Assembly: GCF_006345805.1 (NCBI RefSeq)
Contig: NC_043011.1
Span: forward strand, 14,706,464 to 14,770,463
Direction: 5' to 3'
Source: Octopus sinensis
Lineage: Eukaryota
DNA: 64,000 nucleotides
Shown here one piece after another: positions 1 through 11,705 of this stretch (positions are counted from its first letter, which is position 1; each line of letters starts with the position of its first letter). Position numbers and translations under genes: made by a program. The notes beneath the pieces were generated by a model. The model saw only the letters and a list, made by a program, of their open reading frames with translations. It was not told the DNA's origin and did not search any database.

Positions 1-435
1 TTTTTTAACTGTAACTAAAATTGAATAACGTTGATATCTTTAAAATACATAAAAGAGATAATAGCACAAAAATGTATTGATAAGTGTGCTTAAGGGAGAT
101 GAATTTGTAATAAGTGATAGCACACAGAGATTTAACATATAAAATTTTGACATTTATACGCTGAGATCATGGCTCACCAGAGCTGGTGTTAACTTTTATT
201 CATATGCCATGAATAAAATGATTACCAGTATTATACCTAGGTTGATCTAATGGATGGTAGTTAATTGACCTAAGCCAATTAGAACAAATCGTTACCGGGT
301 ACTTTTTCAATATCCCTTTAGTAATTCAACTGGAAACTGTTATCCAAAACCTAAAATGTTTGGATACATCTCTGACAGTGATTCTTTATACTGTCCCAAT
401 ATTACAAACTATACGAAAAAAATCACGTATCGCAT

Positions 436-508
436 AGACCCATGGTGTAGTGGTTATCACATCTGCTTCACACGCAGAAGGTCGTGAGTTCGAAACTCAC
501 TGCAACCT
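436..508 (+). pseudogene. tRNA-Val(CAC) pseudogene / tRNA-derived copy
   Basis: D arm GTG/CAC, anticodon stem TCTGC/GCAGA with loop TTCACAC (CAC at 469-471), T arm GTGAG-TTCGAAA-CTCAC; acceptor stem AGACCCA/TGCAACC mostly unpaired; T run at ~523-533. Confidence 0.7.
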
Positions 509-533
509 GTTCGTGTCTTTCATTTTTTTTTTT

Positions 534-766
534 AAGGCGGCGAGCTGGCAGAATCGTTAGCACGCCAGGCGAAATGATTAGCGGTATTTCGTTTGCCGCT
601 ACGTTCTGATTTCAAATTCCGTCGAGGTCGACTTTGCCTTTCATCCTTTCGTGATCGATTAAATAAGTACCAGTTACGCACTGGGGTCGATGTAATCGGC
701 TTAATCCATTTGTCTGTCCTTGTTTGTACACTCTGTGTTTATCCCCTTGTGGGTAGTAAAGAAATA
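534..766 (+). mobile_element. SINE family A monomer (tRNA-derived head, tail ...GTAAAGAAATA)
   Basis: AAGGCGGCGAGCTGGCAGAATCGTTAGC head and GTCGACTTTGCCTTTCATCCTTTC body shared with >12 copies in the window. Confidence 0.85.
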
Positions 767-959
767 TATATATATATATATACCGAGTTTCTTCCTGGTT
801 GCTCGACCTACTAAAACTAGTAAAGAGAGCAGCAACATTTTCCTCAAATTACAACTTGCTTCATTGGTTAATGTAGTTTGGGTTACACAATGCCACGGAA
901 CAAGACAAGGACAGTCACGTTTTGAACGTTTAGTTAGCCCCTGCGGAAAATGTCACAAA

Positions 960-1058
960 AATGCCACCACCACCACCACCGCCACTACCATCACCGCAGC
1001 GGCGGCCGCTGCTGCTGCTGCTGCTACTACTACTACTACTACTACTACTACACTACTA
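960..1058. repeat. compound trinucleotide microsatellite (CAC)n-(GCT)n-(ACT)n
   Basis: direct reading. Confidence 0.9.
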
Positions 1059-1424
1059 CTTTGGGAAATTTAAAACTTACTAAATGCTGCAATCAATTAA
1101 ATCAAGTCTATTATTATTTATATTATTTCTTATAGTGGTTCCTTACATTCACCTAAGATTATAAATTATACAGGGTGGAGATTTAGTGGATCGAATGGAA
1201 TCCAGTATATTTTTGAACGACCATTTTATCGTTCTCATAAAAACGAATGGCACAGTTGTTCCTCCGCCACCTGTGCCTCATTTCAATTTAACATTGTTAA
1301 AAAAAGTAGCAGAAGTTCGTTCTAAGTGCTTTAGTGAAACCGTAGTATTTTTATACTCAACCAATGCGTGTTTTAAGAAACTAAAAAAACTACAGTATCT
1401 GTTTTGCACTAAGTGCCAGGTAGA

Positions 1425-1625
1425 GGCACGTGGTTTAGTAGTTAGTGACAGCGGCGCGTGACTTGGTGGTTAGGGGGCTGGACTCATGATCGTAAGATTG
1501 TGGTTTCGATTCCTGGATCAAAAGATGCGTTGTGTTCTTGAGCAAATCACTTCATTTTACGTCGCTTCAGTCCTCTCAGCTGGCAAAAATGCTTAGTGCT
1601 GCGATGGACTGGCGTCCCATGACCC
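1425..1625 (+). mobile_element. SINE family D copy (tRNA-like head partly duplicated, CORE-like body)
   Basis: GTGTTCTTGAGCAAATCACTTCATTTTACGTCGCTTCAGTCC body matches 5777-6015. Confidence 0.7.
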
Positions 1626-1861
1626 GGGAAGGAGCTTTAAATCTTTAACCTTTTATCAAATGCCAGACATCTATGGCCTGAGGGTAAAACCTACCCGAGC
1701 TTGACGTTGCTGACATCACTCCGGCATTAGTAAAGTATATAACAGTCACACCCTTGGTTCGAATCATGAACTAAACTTACTGTCTTGCAAATGAATGATA
1801 GTGAGACGGAGAGATCTAAGTGAGACTCACAGAGGTACAGACAGACGGACAGGGAAACTGA

Positions 1862-2150
1862 GTGGAGACACATGGCCTAGCGGAGTCGCGGTCGAGGGAT
1901 CGCGGGTTCGAATCTTAGACCGGGTGATGTGTGTGTTTATGAGCGAAAACACCTAAGCTCCACGCGGCTCTGGCAGAAGGTAATGGCGAAACTTCTGCTG
2001 ACTCTTTCGCCACAACTTTCTCTCACTCTTTCCTCCTGCATCTCGCAGCTCACCTGCGACGGACCGGTGTCCCATCCAGGTGGTGAACCTATACGCCAAG
2101 GAACCGGGAAACCGGCCCTTATGAGCCAGACATGGCTCAAGAAGGAACAG
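1862..2150 (+). mobile_element. SINE family C
   Basis: GTGGAGACACATGGCCTAG head, GGTTCGAATC B box, CTTTCGCCACAACTTTCTCTCACTCTTTCC body; six copies in the window. Confidence 0.85.
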
Positions 2151-2464
2151 ACAGACGGACAGGGAAACTCGCCATTTGCCGAAACGAAAGTAACAAAATT
2201 CAAAACATCAATAACGTACAATGACAACATCAATGATAACTCTAGACATTCTTTCTCCTTTTTTTATTTTCGAGTTTATTTCTAAATTTAGAATGTAAAA
2301 GAAACAAAATGAGACAAAAACAGGAAAAAATGTGCTAATTGAACGTTTCATTCTTTGCTTAAGTCCTATCTTCAATTCTGTTGTATGAACGTGACACTGC
2401 GACAAAGGTTGTGTTGGACAAAAATCTCTGGTATGTACAACCATATTGTTACCTTTTGTTGAGA

Positions 2465-2535
2465 TATTGAACAACACCCACATGTATATACATATACACA
2501 CGAACATACGCACACACATACATATGTATTTATGC

Positions 2536-2579
<44 letters not shown>

Positions 2580-2660
2580 TGTGTGTGTGGTTGTATGTAC
2601 GTGTATGCGTACATACATAAGTATACATACACATATACATACACATATGTATGTTTGTAC

Positions 2661-2691
<31 letters not shown>

Positions 2692-2793
2692 GTATATCTG
2701 TATATTGGTAACTACGTATGTATTATGTGTTGTATGTCTGTATGTATTTATGCATGTATATATATATATGTATAAATGTGTGTGTATATATAA

Positions 2794-2869
<76 letters not shown>

Positions 2870-2975
2870 TATATACATATGTATATCTGTATATAGGTAA
2901 CTACGTATGTATTTATGTGTCTGTATGTCTGAATGTATTTATGTATATATATATATGTGTGTGTGTGTATATATG
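2465..2975. repeat. (TA)n/(CA)n/(TG)n microsatellite complex with an internal duplicated block
   Basis: TATATGTATATCTGTATA..GGTAACTACGTATGTAT at ~2686 and ~2876. Confidence 0.9.
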
Positions 2976-3364
2976 TTCCCCACTATGCATTCATAAAAGT
3001 GGAAATAAGTCTAATAACAAACGCCACTCTACTATTGACTAGGACGCCGCCTCCAACAAAACCTGCATTCATACGCTACTTTTTCAATAGCCTTTGATGA
3101 AGTAATAATATTTCATCTGCATTCACAAATATTCACAAAAGAAGCAACATAATGATCGTTTATGGTCCTTTGTGATGCTTGCATTGAGTTAGAATGTCAG
3201 CGGGGGATGATGTGCGAGAAGTTAAAGTGTAACAACTACGGATGTCAGATCGAATCATGTAATGGTTTGATTCAGTGTCCGTGCTCTTAGATGAAGTACG
3301 GAAACACATAGAGTGAAATTTGAATCATAAAATTATACCACTGTTATATATATATATACACTAT

Positions 3365-3416
<52 letters not shown>

Positions 3417-3419
3417 CAT

Positions 3420-3603
3420 TGGTTTTCCCTCCGTCTTCCCTTCTTTGGATCTTTCCTTTTCCTATGTTTCTGACGAAGAGCTCCGCTCGAAACGTTAAAT
3501 CCTCCTTCTTTCCTTCTTTCCTGAGCGTCCAATAACACTATACTTGTTCCACGTCCTCGCGTTGTTGTGCTTTCTCTTTGTGCTTTCCTGTTTGGATTGA
3601 CTT
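3420..3603 (+). mobile_element. short PLE-terminus-like module with a hammerhead ribozyme, flanked by (TA)n
   Basis: (TA)n on both sides; HHR at 3466-3500; layout like the modules at 29185 and 42367. Confidence 0.6.
3466..3500 (+). ncRNA. minimal type-I hammerhead ribozyme
   Basis: GTTT-CTGACGA-A-GAGC(TCC)GCTC-GAAA-CG-TT-AAAT; palindromic AACGTT stem III. Confidence 0.65.
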
Positions 3604-3903
3604 TATATATATATATATATATACTATACACATACATATATGTATAGATATATGTATATAAGTATATATATATATATTACCAATATAAAATGTATCAGAA
3701 AAAGAAGCACACTCTAAGGAATAGAGCAGTAAAGTATTAAACATTAAGTTCAATTCTGGTCATAGAGTGACCAATAGTTTTGTGTCCATGAAAGCTACGG
3801 CCTTTATGTTTAATATATATACGAAATACAAATTAAAAGTTACAGCTTTTGATTTTGGTAAGTACACTTTAGTATAAGAATATACAAATTTCACATTTTA
3901 TAT

Positions 3904-3989
3904 CTCTGAGGAGCTGAAGAGTTGTCTATAAATGCTTATCAATATAGGATTCCATTATAGGGACAACACTTCTGCGAAACAATCGTAAG
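3904..3989 (+). ncRNA. type-I hammerhead-like motif with long stem II, stem I decayed
   Basis: CTGAGGA 3906-3912, stem II GCTGAAGAGTTGTC/GACAACACTTCTGC (12 of 14 pairs), GAAA 3976-3979, CAATCG, GTA triplet; only 2 bp of stem I. Confidence 0.45.
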
Positions 3990-4291
3990 TTGCTTTAAAA
4001 ACTTAAACTGTCATATTTATTATTATATATTTATATTTATACATATTTACATATATATTTTTTATATATATTTATATTTTTAATACAGAAATTATTCTAC
4101 AAACGTATATACCTTTCTGGAGAATTTTTTAATATTTATTTCCTAATGCTAATAACAATATATTATACAATATATATAATCGCTCGTATTAAATGCATAA
4201 ATACATTAATAGTATTAATACTTTGATACATTAGAGCACTCAATGTAAATTCTGTATATAATATTCTCATTGAATATATTTAACGAAAGAT

Positions 4292-4709
4292 TTTCTTTTA
4301 TTCTTTTACTTGTTTCAGTCATTTAACTGCGGCCATGCTGGAGCACCGTCTTAAAGGTGTTTTTTTAGTTGAAGAAATCGACTTGAGGACTTATTCTTTG
4401 TGAGCCTAGTACTTATTCTATCGGTAGATTTTGCAGATTCGCTAAGTTACGGGGACATAAATTTATCAACATCAATATTCAAACGACGGTGAGGGGAGAA
4501 ACACGGACACAAAGACACACACACACAAATGCACACTCACACACACATGTATACGACGGGCTTCTTTCAGTTTCTCTCGGTCAAATCCACTCACAAAGTT
4601 TTGGTCGTCCCGAGGACATAGCAGAAGTCACTTGCCCAAGATTCTACGCAGTGGGACTGAAGCCGGACCCGTGTTGTTGGAATGCAACCACACAACCACG
4701 CCTGCGCCT
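4292..4709 (-). mobile_element. SINE family B (internal microsatellite)
   Basis: reverse of AGGCGCAGG head to CAGTCAAATGACTGAAACAAGTAAAAG tail. Confidence 0.8.
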
Positions 4710-4742
4710 GTATGTATGTATGTATGTATGTATGTATGTATG

Positions 4743-4773
<31 letters not shown>

Positions 4774-5179
4774 TGTGTTTATATGTGTGCATGTATATGG
4801 GCAGTGAGTCTGCATTAAACAGAGCTTATACCGGGAAGTAACTCCGTTTTACAACATTGTCCGAGTAAATTGATGGTTGCTGGGGTTAATATCATAAACA
4901 CACATGATATTAGAATATATATACACTGTAAGCTACATTTGATAAAGCAATAACACCATTACTGAAAATACTGTAACAATAAGAAAAAATTAATATTGCA
5001 AATTGATAATTTCCTATACTTGTATTAGATGACAGGTGAGTTTGATGTTGTGAAGGTGGGGATAAAGGTGAATACCTTTCTGTAAAAGGTAGAAGAGCAA
5101 TGGTGCTTTATTAGTACTTAGCTCCCACTCGTAGAAGTTTTAAGTAACCAAAGAAGAAACGAGTCAATGGCAAGTAGGT

Positions 5180-5484
5180 TGTTTGCGCCTTCCCGAGTCA
5201 CGCCTGGCTCATTAGGGCCGGATTCCCGGTATCCTTGGCGTATAGGTTACCCATCTGGACGGGACGCCAATCCGTCGCATGTGAGCTGCAAGATGCAGGA
5301 GGAAAGGGTGAGAGAAAGTTGTGGCGAAAGATTCAGCAGAAGTCTCGCCATTACCTTCTGCCGGAGCCGCGTGAAGCTTTTTGTTTTCACTCATAAACAC
5401 AAACATCTTCGGGTCTGAGATTCGAACCTGCGATCGCTCAACCGGAAGTACGCTGCTCTAACCACTAGGTCATCTGCCTCCACT
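5180..5484 (-). mobile_element. SINE family C with 14 bp TSD
   Basis: AATGGCAAGTAGGT at 5166-5179 and 5485-5498. Confidence 0.85.
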
Positions 5485-5776
5485 AATGGCAAGTAGGTCA
5501 TCATAAGCAAGTTTAACAGTTACTTCAAAGTTAGGACAAATTAGCTTGATAAATATGTTGTTTGTCCCACTGATACAATCTCCAACTGATGTTCTAAAAT
5601 GTTGATAATTTTGCTCGATTCCAGGTTCTGTAAACCAGCCAATGTTTGAAGTTAAGCTGTCAAGTGATTCCTTTATAAAGTTTCGTATTCTTAGGTAATG
5701 GCTCATTGCTTCCATCACCCTGACTGTCTCTGCTGTTACAAACGAGATCTTCATCCATTTGTTCTTCTGTTAAAAG

Positions 5777-6015
5777 TGGAGGCGCGTGGCTTAGTGGTTA
5801 GGGTGTCAGCATCATGATCGTAAGATTGTGGTTTCGATTCCTGGACCGGGCGACACGTGTTCTTGAGCAAAGCGCTTCATTTCACGTTGCGCCAGTCCAC
5901 TCAGCTGGCAAAAATGAGTAACGCTGCGATGGACTGGCGTCCCGTCCAGCTGGGGAACACATACGCCATTGAAACCGCGAAACCCATAAGCCTGGCTAGG
6001 CTTTAAAAGAGCGCG
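5777..6015 (+). mobile_element. SINE family D
   Basis: GTGGAGGCGCGTGGCTTAGTGGTTAGG head; flanking TTCTTCTGTTAA duplication. Confidence 0.75.
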
Positions 6016-6129
6016 TTTATTTTATAATTTCTTCTGTTAACACTTGAGGATTACTCTTTGTGTCATCAAGCCTTGTTCAGACGCCATCTAGTGTGTCAAC
6101 TATTTCGTCTACCCTCTGAAGTATATCTT

Positions 6130-6353
6130 TCATCTTTCATTTGTTTCAGTCCACTGTACAGCAGCCACGATGTGGCATCGTCTTCAAGAATTTTAAGTCG
6201 AATAAATCGACTCCACTACTTATTTTTCTTAAAGTCTCGTACTTATTCTATCGGTCTCTTTTTGCCGAACCGCTATGTTACGGAAATGTAAACACACCAT
6301 CACCGGTTGTCAAGCACTGGTAGCGGACACTCCACCCCACCTACCCACCTCCA

Positions 6354-6422
<69 letters not shown>

Positions 6423-6427
6423 GCCTG

Positions 6428-6482
<55 letters not shown>

Positions 6483-6487
6483 GCCTG

Positions 6488-6583
<96 letters not shown>

Positions 6584-6765
6584 GGCTTTTCTCAGTTTCG
6601 GGGTATCAAATCCACCCACAAGGCTTTAATCAGACCATAGCTATAGCAGAAGATACGTACCCAAGGTACCACGCAGTGAGACAAAACCCAGAACCAGTGA
6701 GACAAAACCCAGAACGCAGTGAGACAAAACCCAGCTAGGAAGCAAGCTTCTCACCACACAGTAAC
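6130..6765 (-). mobile_element. diverged SINE family B with internal (TATC)n tract
   Basis: family B halves on both sides of (TATC)n 6352-6582; a ~21-mer occurs three times at ~6672-6733. Confidence 0.65.
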
Positions 6766-6989
6766 ACTTGTGCCTATATGTTGAACCCTTTACCATGTGG
6801 TTGGGAAGCAGACTTCTTACTCATACAACCATGAATGAAAAAAGAAGGAAAAAAGAAAAAGAAAAAGAGCAAGAGAGAGAGGGAGAAAGAGAGAAAGGGA
6901 ACAGAAGGAAGTATAAATATTCAGATGCATGCAAGATTAATAATAGAGGGCCATAGTCAATTGAAGAGAACTTAGTTATCTTTTATATA

Positions 6990-7577
6990 ATATTGGTTTT
7001 AAATTTTGGCATAAGGCCAGCAATTTCGAGGAATGGGGTAAGTCAATTACATCGATCCCAGTGTTTAACTAGTACTTCTTTTATCGATCCCGAAAAGATC
7101 AACGGCAAAGTCGATCCCGGCGGAATTTGAACACAGAACGCAAACACGGACAAACTACCTATTTCTTTACTACCCACAAGGGGCTAAACACAGAAGGTTC
7201 AAACAAAGACAGACAAACGGATTAAGTAGATTATATCGACCCCAGTGCGTAACTGGTACTTATTTAATCGACCCCGAAAGGATGAAAGGCAAAGTCGACC
7301 TCGGCAGAATTTGAATTCAGAACGTAGCGGCAGACGAAATACCTATTTCTTTACTACCCACAAGGAGCTAAACACAGAAGGTTCAAACAAGGAAAGACAA
7401 ACGGGTTAAGTCGATTATATCGACCCCAGTGCGTAACTGGTACTTATTTATTCGACCCCGAAAGGATGAAAGGCAAAGTCTACCTCGACGGAATTTGAAC
7501 TCAGAACGTAGCGGCTGACGAAATGCCGCTTAGCATTTCGCCCGGCGTGCTAATGTTTCTGCCAGCTCACCGCCTTA
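6990..7577 (-). mobile_element. SINE family A partial-tandem trimer
   Basis: one head, three ~183 bp body units; junction GACGAAATACCTATTTCTTTACTACCC at ~7333 and a degenerate version at ~7150. Confidence 0.8.
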
Positions 7578-8154
7578 CTCAGCTAAAAAACTTGGAAATA
7601 CATTTTGTCCATCACTATCGATTCTGTAATTCCCCTACCTTCTAACTAGTGCACGTAAGCCCAGTACACCATATTATCTTCTGTTGAAGTTCCTTAGAAA
7701 CCAATACTGAAAACAGTAAGTAACAAGATGTAATTTATATAAAGTCTCTCCATGAAATATGTCATTTACTTCCGCTGAGTCGGATGTTGGAAACCTACCA
7801 ACGGGAGTGAAACTATAGACCTTGTCATGCTTCTTTGAAAACCTAATGTCTTTCTAGATAAATCGGAATAAAATACTTTATTACTGATCGATATCGTCTT
7901 TTTTTTTTAACATAACATTAGCAAAATACCCGTTATTATTCTTTATTTACATCAAGCCTACGTTTTTCAGAATATCTTGATGTACTAAAATGCAGGCTCC
8001 CTCAACCATTCTTTTCGTCTCATTTACTCTCTCATCTTTGCTTGTGCATCTGTTTTAGTGTGTACGCGTATGTGCTCTCTATTAGCTCCTTCGTCTATTC
8101 GTTTTTTACTTCCATTCTTTTATCTTCGCTCAATCAGGCCTTCACCATATCACT

Positions 8155-8460
8155 GTGGAGGCACATGGCCTAGTCGTTAGAGCAGCGGACTCGCGGTCGA
8201 GGGATCGCGGGTTCGAATCTCAGACCAGATGATGTTTGTGTTTATGAGTGAAACACCTAAGCTCCACGTGGCTCCGGCAGAAAGTAATGGCGAAACTTCT
8301 GCTGACTCTTTCGCCACAACTTTCTCTCACACTTTCTTCTGCATTTTGCAGCTCACCTGCGATGGACCGGCGTCCTGTCCAGGTGGGGAACCTATACGCC
8401 AAGAAACCGGGAAACCGGACCTTATGAGCCAGACTTGGCTCGAGAAGGAACAAACAACAA
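8155..8460 (+). mobile_element. SINE family C with TSD
   Basis: CATATCACT at 8146-8154 and 8461-8469. Confidence 0.85.
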
Positions 8461-9177
8461 CATATCACTCCAATACCACTAAATTGCGATTATATTTGAA
8501 ACTTTGGCCCTCTTTACCAACCACCTTCTAATCTTTACTTTCATCGCATTCATTCACCTCGTGCATAACTCACACAACATCTTACCGACTTTTTATGCCT
8601 CTCTCACCACATCAACCTCCCTCACTCCTTTACTTTATTCCAATATTCGCCAACGCGCGACTGAGGCGATAATACTTAAAATTTATCTCAACTCTCAAGA
8701 AAAGGACAAATACATGAAACGTGAATATTCTTCCACTCGTCACAGTCCTTTGGATTATTTTTCACCGCTACAACCATAAAAACCTTAGATTTGCGGGATT
8801 TTACGGTATCACGTATTTATAACTCGGTACCATGAACGAGTGAGGTTTATATATCTTCGCCATATTCACAGAGCCGAATTCGTGAAGACGTCTCGACCGA
8901 ACCTCAGCCCACACAATGCGTCTCTATCCTTTCAACCAATTTTCTTCTTATTCATAAAAAGGCTTTTATACACAGCTGAAGTTCTAAATGTCCCACCCAG
9001 TAATATCAGAGCGTCGAACTAAATGACTCACGTTACGTAATTATAGTCCTCTTTGTTCTGAATTTACATCCTGTCACAGTTAACTTTGCTTTTTATCCGT
9101 CCAGGTTCAATAAAATGAAGTATCATTCAAAAACTGAATTTGATTCAACCAACTTAACCATCCCACAAAATAACTAA

Positions 9178-9223
<46 letters not shown>

Positions 9224-9269
9224 TCACCACCACCACAACCACCACCACCACCACCACCACCACACCACC

Positions 9270-9338
<69 letters not shown>
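9178..9338. repeat. (ACT)n-(CCA)n-(ACT)n compound microsatellite
   Basis: direct reading. Confidence 0.9.
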
Positions 9339-9339
9339 T

Positions 9340-9388
9340 AAGGCAGCGAGATGGCAGAAACGCTAGCACGCCGGGCGAAATGCGTAGT
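9340..9388 (+). mobile_element. SINE family A head fragment
   Basis: AAGGCAGCGAGATGGCAGAAACGCTAGCACGCCGGGCG. Confidence 0.65.
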
Positions 9389-9628
9389 CAAAAAATGCGT
9401 AACCCCATAAAACTGTGGAAAGATTTAATAACAACCGTAGCAGACTTGGAAACAAACGAACCGGTCCTTTTTGTTTCTACACAAAAATATCCACGTGGAG
9501 GAACTTCAACGTAATTGTTCGACCAGCTCACCTCTCTCAAATTACACCTTGCCTCTGATTCTCCCCAAAAGATCATACTGGCTAATGTGAATCTAGTTAT
9601 ACGATTTCAGAAAGAAAGAAGAGATACG

Positions 9629-10026
9629 CTTTTATTCTTTTACTTGTTTCAGTCATTTGACTGTGGCCATGATGGAACACCGCCTTTAGTCGAGCAAATC
9701 GACCCCGGGACTTATTCTTTGTAAGCCCAGTACTTATTCTATCGGTCTCTTTCGCCGAACCGCTAAGTTACGGGGACGTAAACACACCAGCATCGGTTGT
9801 CAAGCAATGCTAGGGGGACAAACACAGACACGCAAACACATACATACATATATATATATACATATATACGACAGGCTTCTTTCAGTTTCCGTCTACCAAA
9901 TCCACTCACAAGGCATTGGTCGGCCCGGGGCTATAGCAGAAGACATTTGCCCAAGATGCCACGCAGTGGGACTGAACCCGTAACCATATGGTTGGTTAGC
10001 AAGCTACTTACCACACAGCCACTCCT
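9629..10026 (-). mobile_element. SINE family B
   Basis: full head-microsatellite-tail layout. Confidence 0.85.
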
Positions 10027-10149
10027 GGTCATAACTCGAATGCTTTCGATCATAAATCTATTTAATCAAGACTACGCTGAAGAGAGACATCACCAGCAAA
10101 GTGCATACGCGCATTGACTCTCACATACATACACACAAAACATGTTAGC

Positions 10150-10716
10150 ACATATTCACGTAAGCTCCAACGAGGAAGCTTCCACGGAGCGGCTCAACAT
10201 GGTAAAAATAGCAACCAAGAACCTATCTCATCTCAGGCATATCTTCGCAACGAACAACGCGTTAGATAAACTACTCTTTAATAAAAAAAAAAATGAAAGG
10301 ACGGTCGCGTCTGGAACGCCTTTCATTATAGGCCTTCTCCACCAAGTCCAACATGGATCTAAATAATGTCAAAGCAATGACAACATATACAAGTAAAATT
10401 CAGTCAAGAAACTCTATAATGTGGTCGTTTCCACTAGTCTCACGGGTTCCAATCTAGAGCAGATGTGCCTATCTTTCACGCTCGATGGCCACACATGAAT
10501 ATATATGCATCTGTTTGTCTACGAGCGAATGTGGCAGATGACTAGTTCCGTGTTCCAGCGCGGGTTTTACTCCTCATTACACTGAAAACAATTATGTCAG
10601 AAGCTATTCTTTAACTTTATCATTTCTCTGAGGAATCTGAAGATTTCTGCCAATCAGATCAACTTCACTTGGCGTATATTAATTCATTATTATAAAATCA
10701 ACAGGGAAGCGAAACT
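10150..10716 (+). mobile_element. heavily decayed Penelope-like element 3' end
   Basis: HIFATNNALDKLL resembles the PLE linker; SGTPF and LDGH resemble GIY-YIG motifs; HHR-like CTGAGGA (10628) ... GCGAAAC (10709) before (TA)n. Confidence 0.35.
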
Positions 10717-10717
10717 T

Positions 10718-10728
10718 TACATATATAT

Positions 10729-10771
<43 letters not shown>

Positions 10772-10785
10772 ACACACACACACAA

Positions 10786-10831
<46 letters not shown>

Positions 10832-10846
10832 GTATATATATGTATA

Positions 10847-10910
<64 letters not shown>

Positions 10911-10968
10911 ATATATGTATATATATATGTATATATATGTATATATATATATATATGTATATATATAC

Positions 10969-11011
<43 letters not shown>

Positions 11012-11535
11012 TGTGTGTGTATGCATTCATATATGTATGTATAAACGTACCTGCATACAAAAATACACACATATATGTGTACATGTGTATATACATATAC
11101 TCATGTTTATAATCATGTGTGTACACATGCGTATATAAATACATATATACGCGTACATGTTAATGTCTATGCACATGTTCGTTTGTTAATATACACATAC
11201 ACATATAAATGTATTCATATGTGTATGGTGGGTATATATAGCTAAGTATATGTGTATTGGAGTGTGTATCTATGTTGGCAAACATAAATACACGCACACA
11301 TAAGTGTTTATAATTTAAAATGAGAATGTACATGTTTGTATGATGTGTATGTATATATACACACACACACACGCACACACGCACACACTCAGACATACAC
11401 AGACAGACGCATACACACACATATAATGAGGTAATATAAATTCATAAGCATATATTCATATATACGTATATGCATACAATATATATAATGCATACGCACA
11501 CAGATTTATCTCTTGCTCTCCTTTATTTCTCTCTT

Positions 11536-11583
<48 letters not shown>

Positions 11584-11618
11584 AACATATATGTGTATAT
11601 ATATATATATGTATATAC

Positions 11619-11693
<75 letters not shown>

Positions 11694-11705
11694 ATATATG
11701 TATAT
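10718..11705. repeat. large (TA)n/(CA)n/(TC)n microsatellite field
   Basis: direct reading; explains the YI/IY-rich ORFs. Confidence 0.9.

Noticed and set aside
6990-7577. Regular ~183 bp repeats as CRISPR or satellite
   Set aside because: Units are SINE bodies without unique spacers; eukaryotic context
9390-9620. Possible LINE APE endonuclease relic (QKIILANVNL)
   Set aside because: One loose motif, no catalytic GDFN, no adjacent RT
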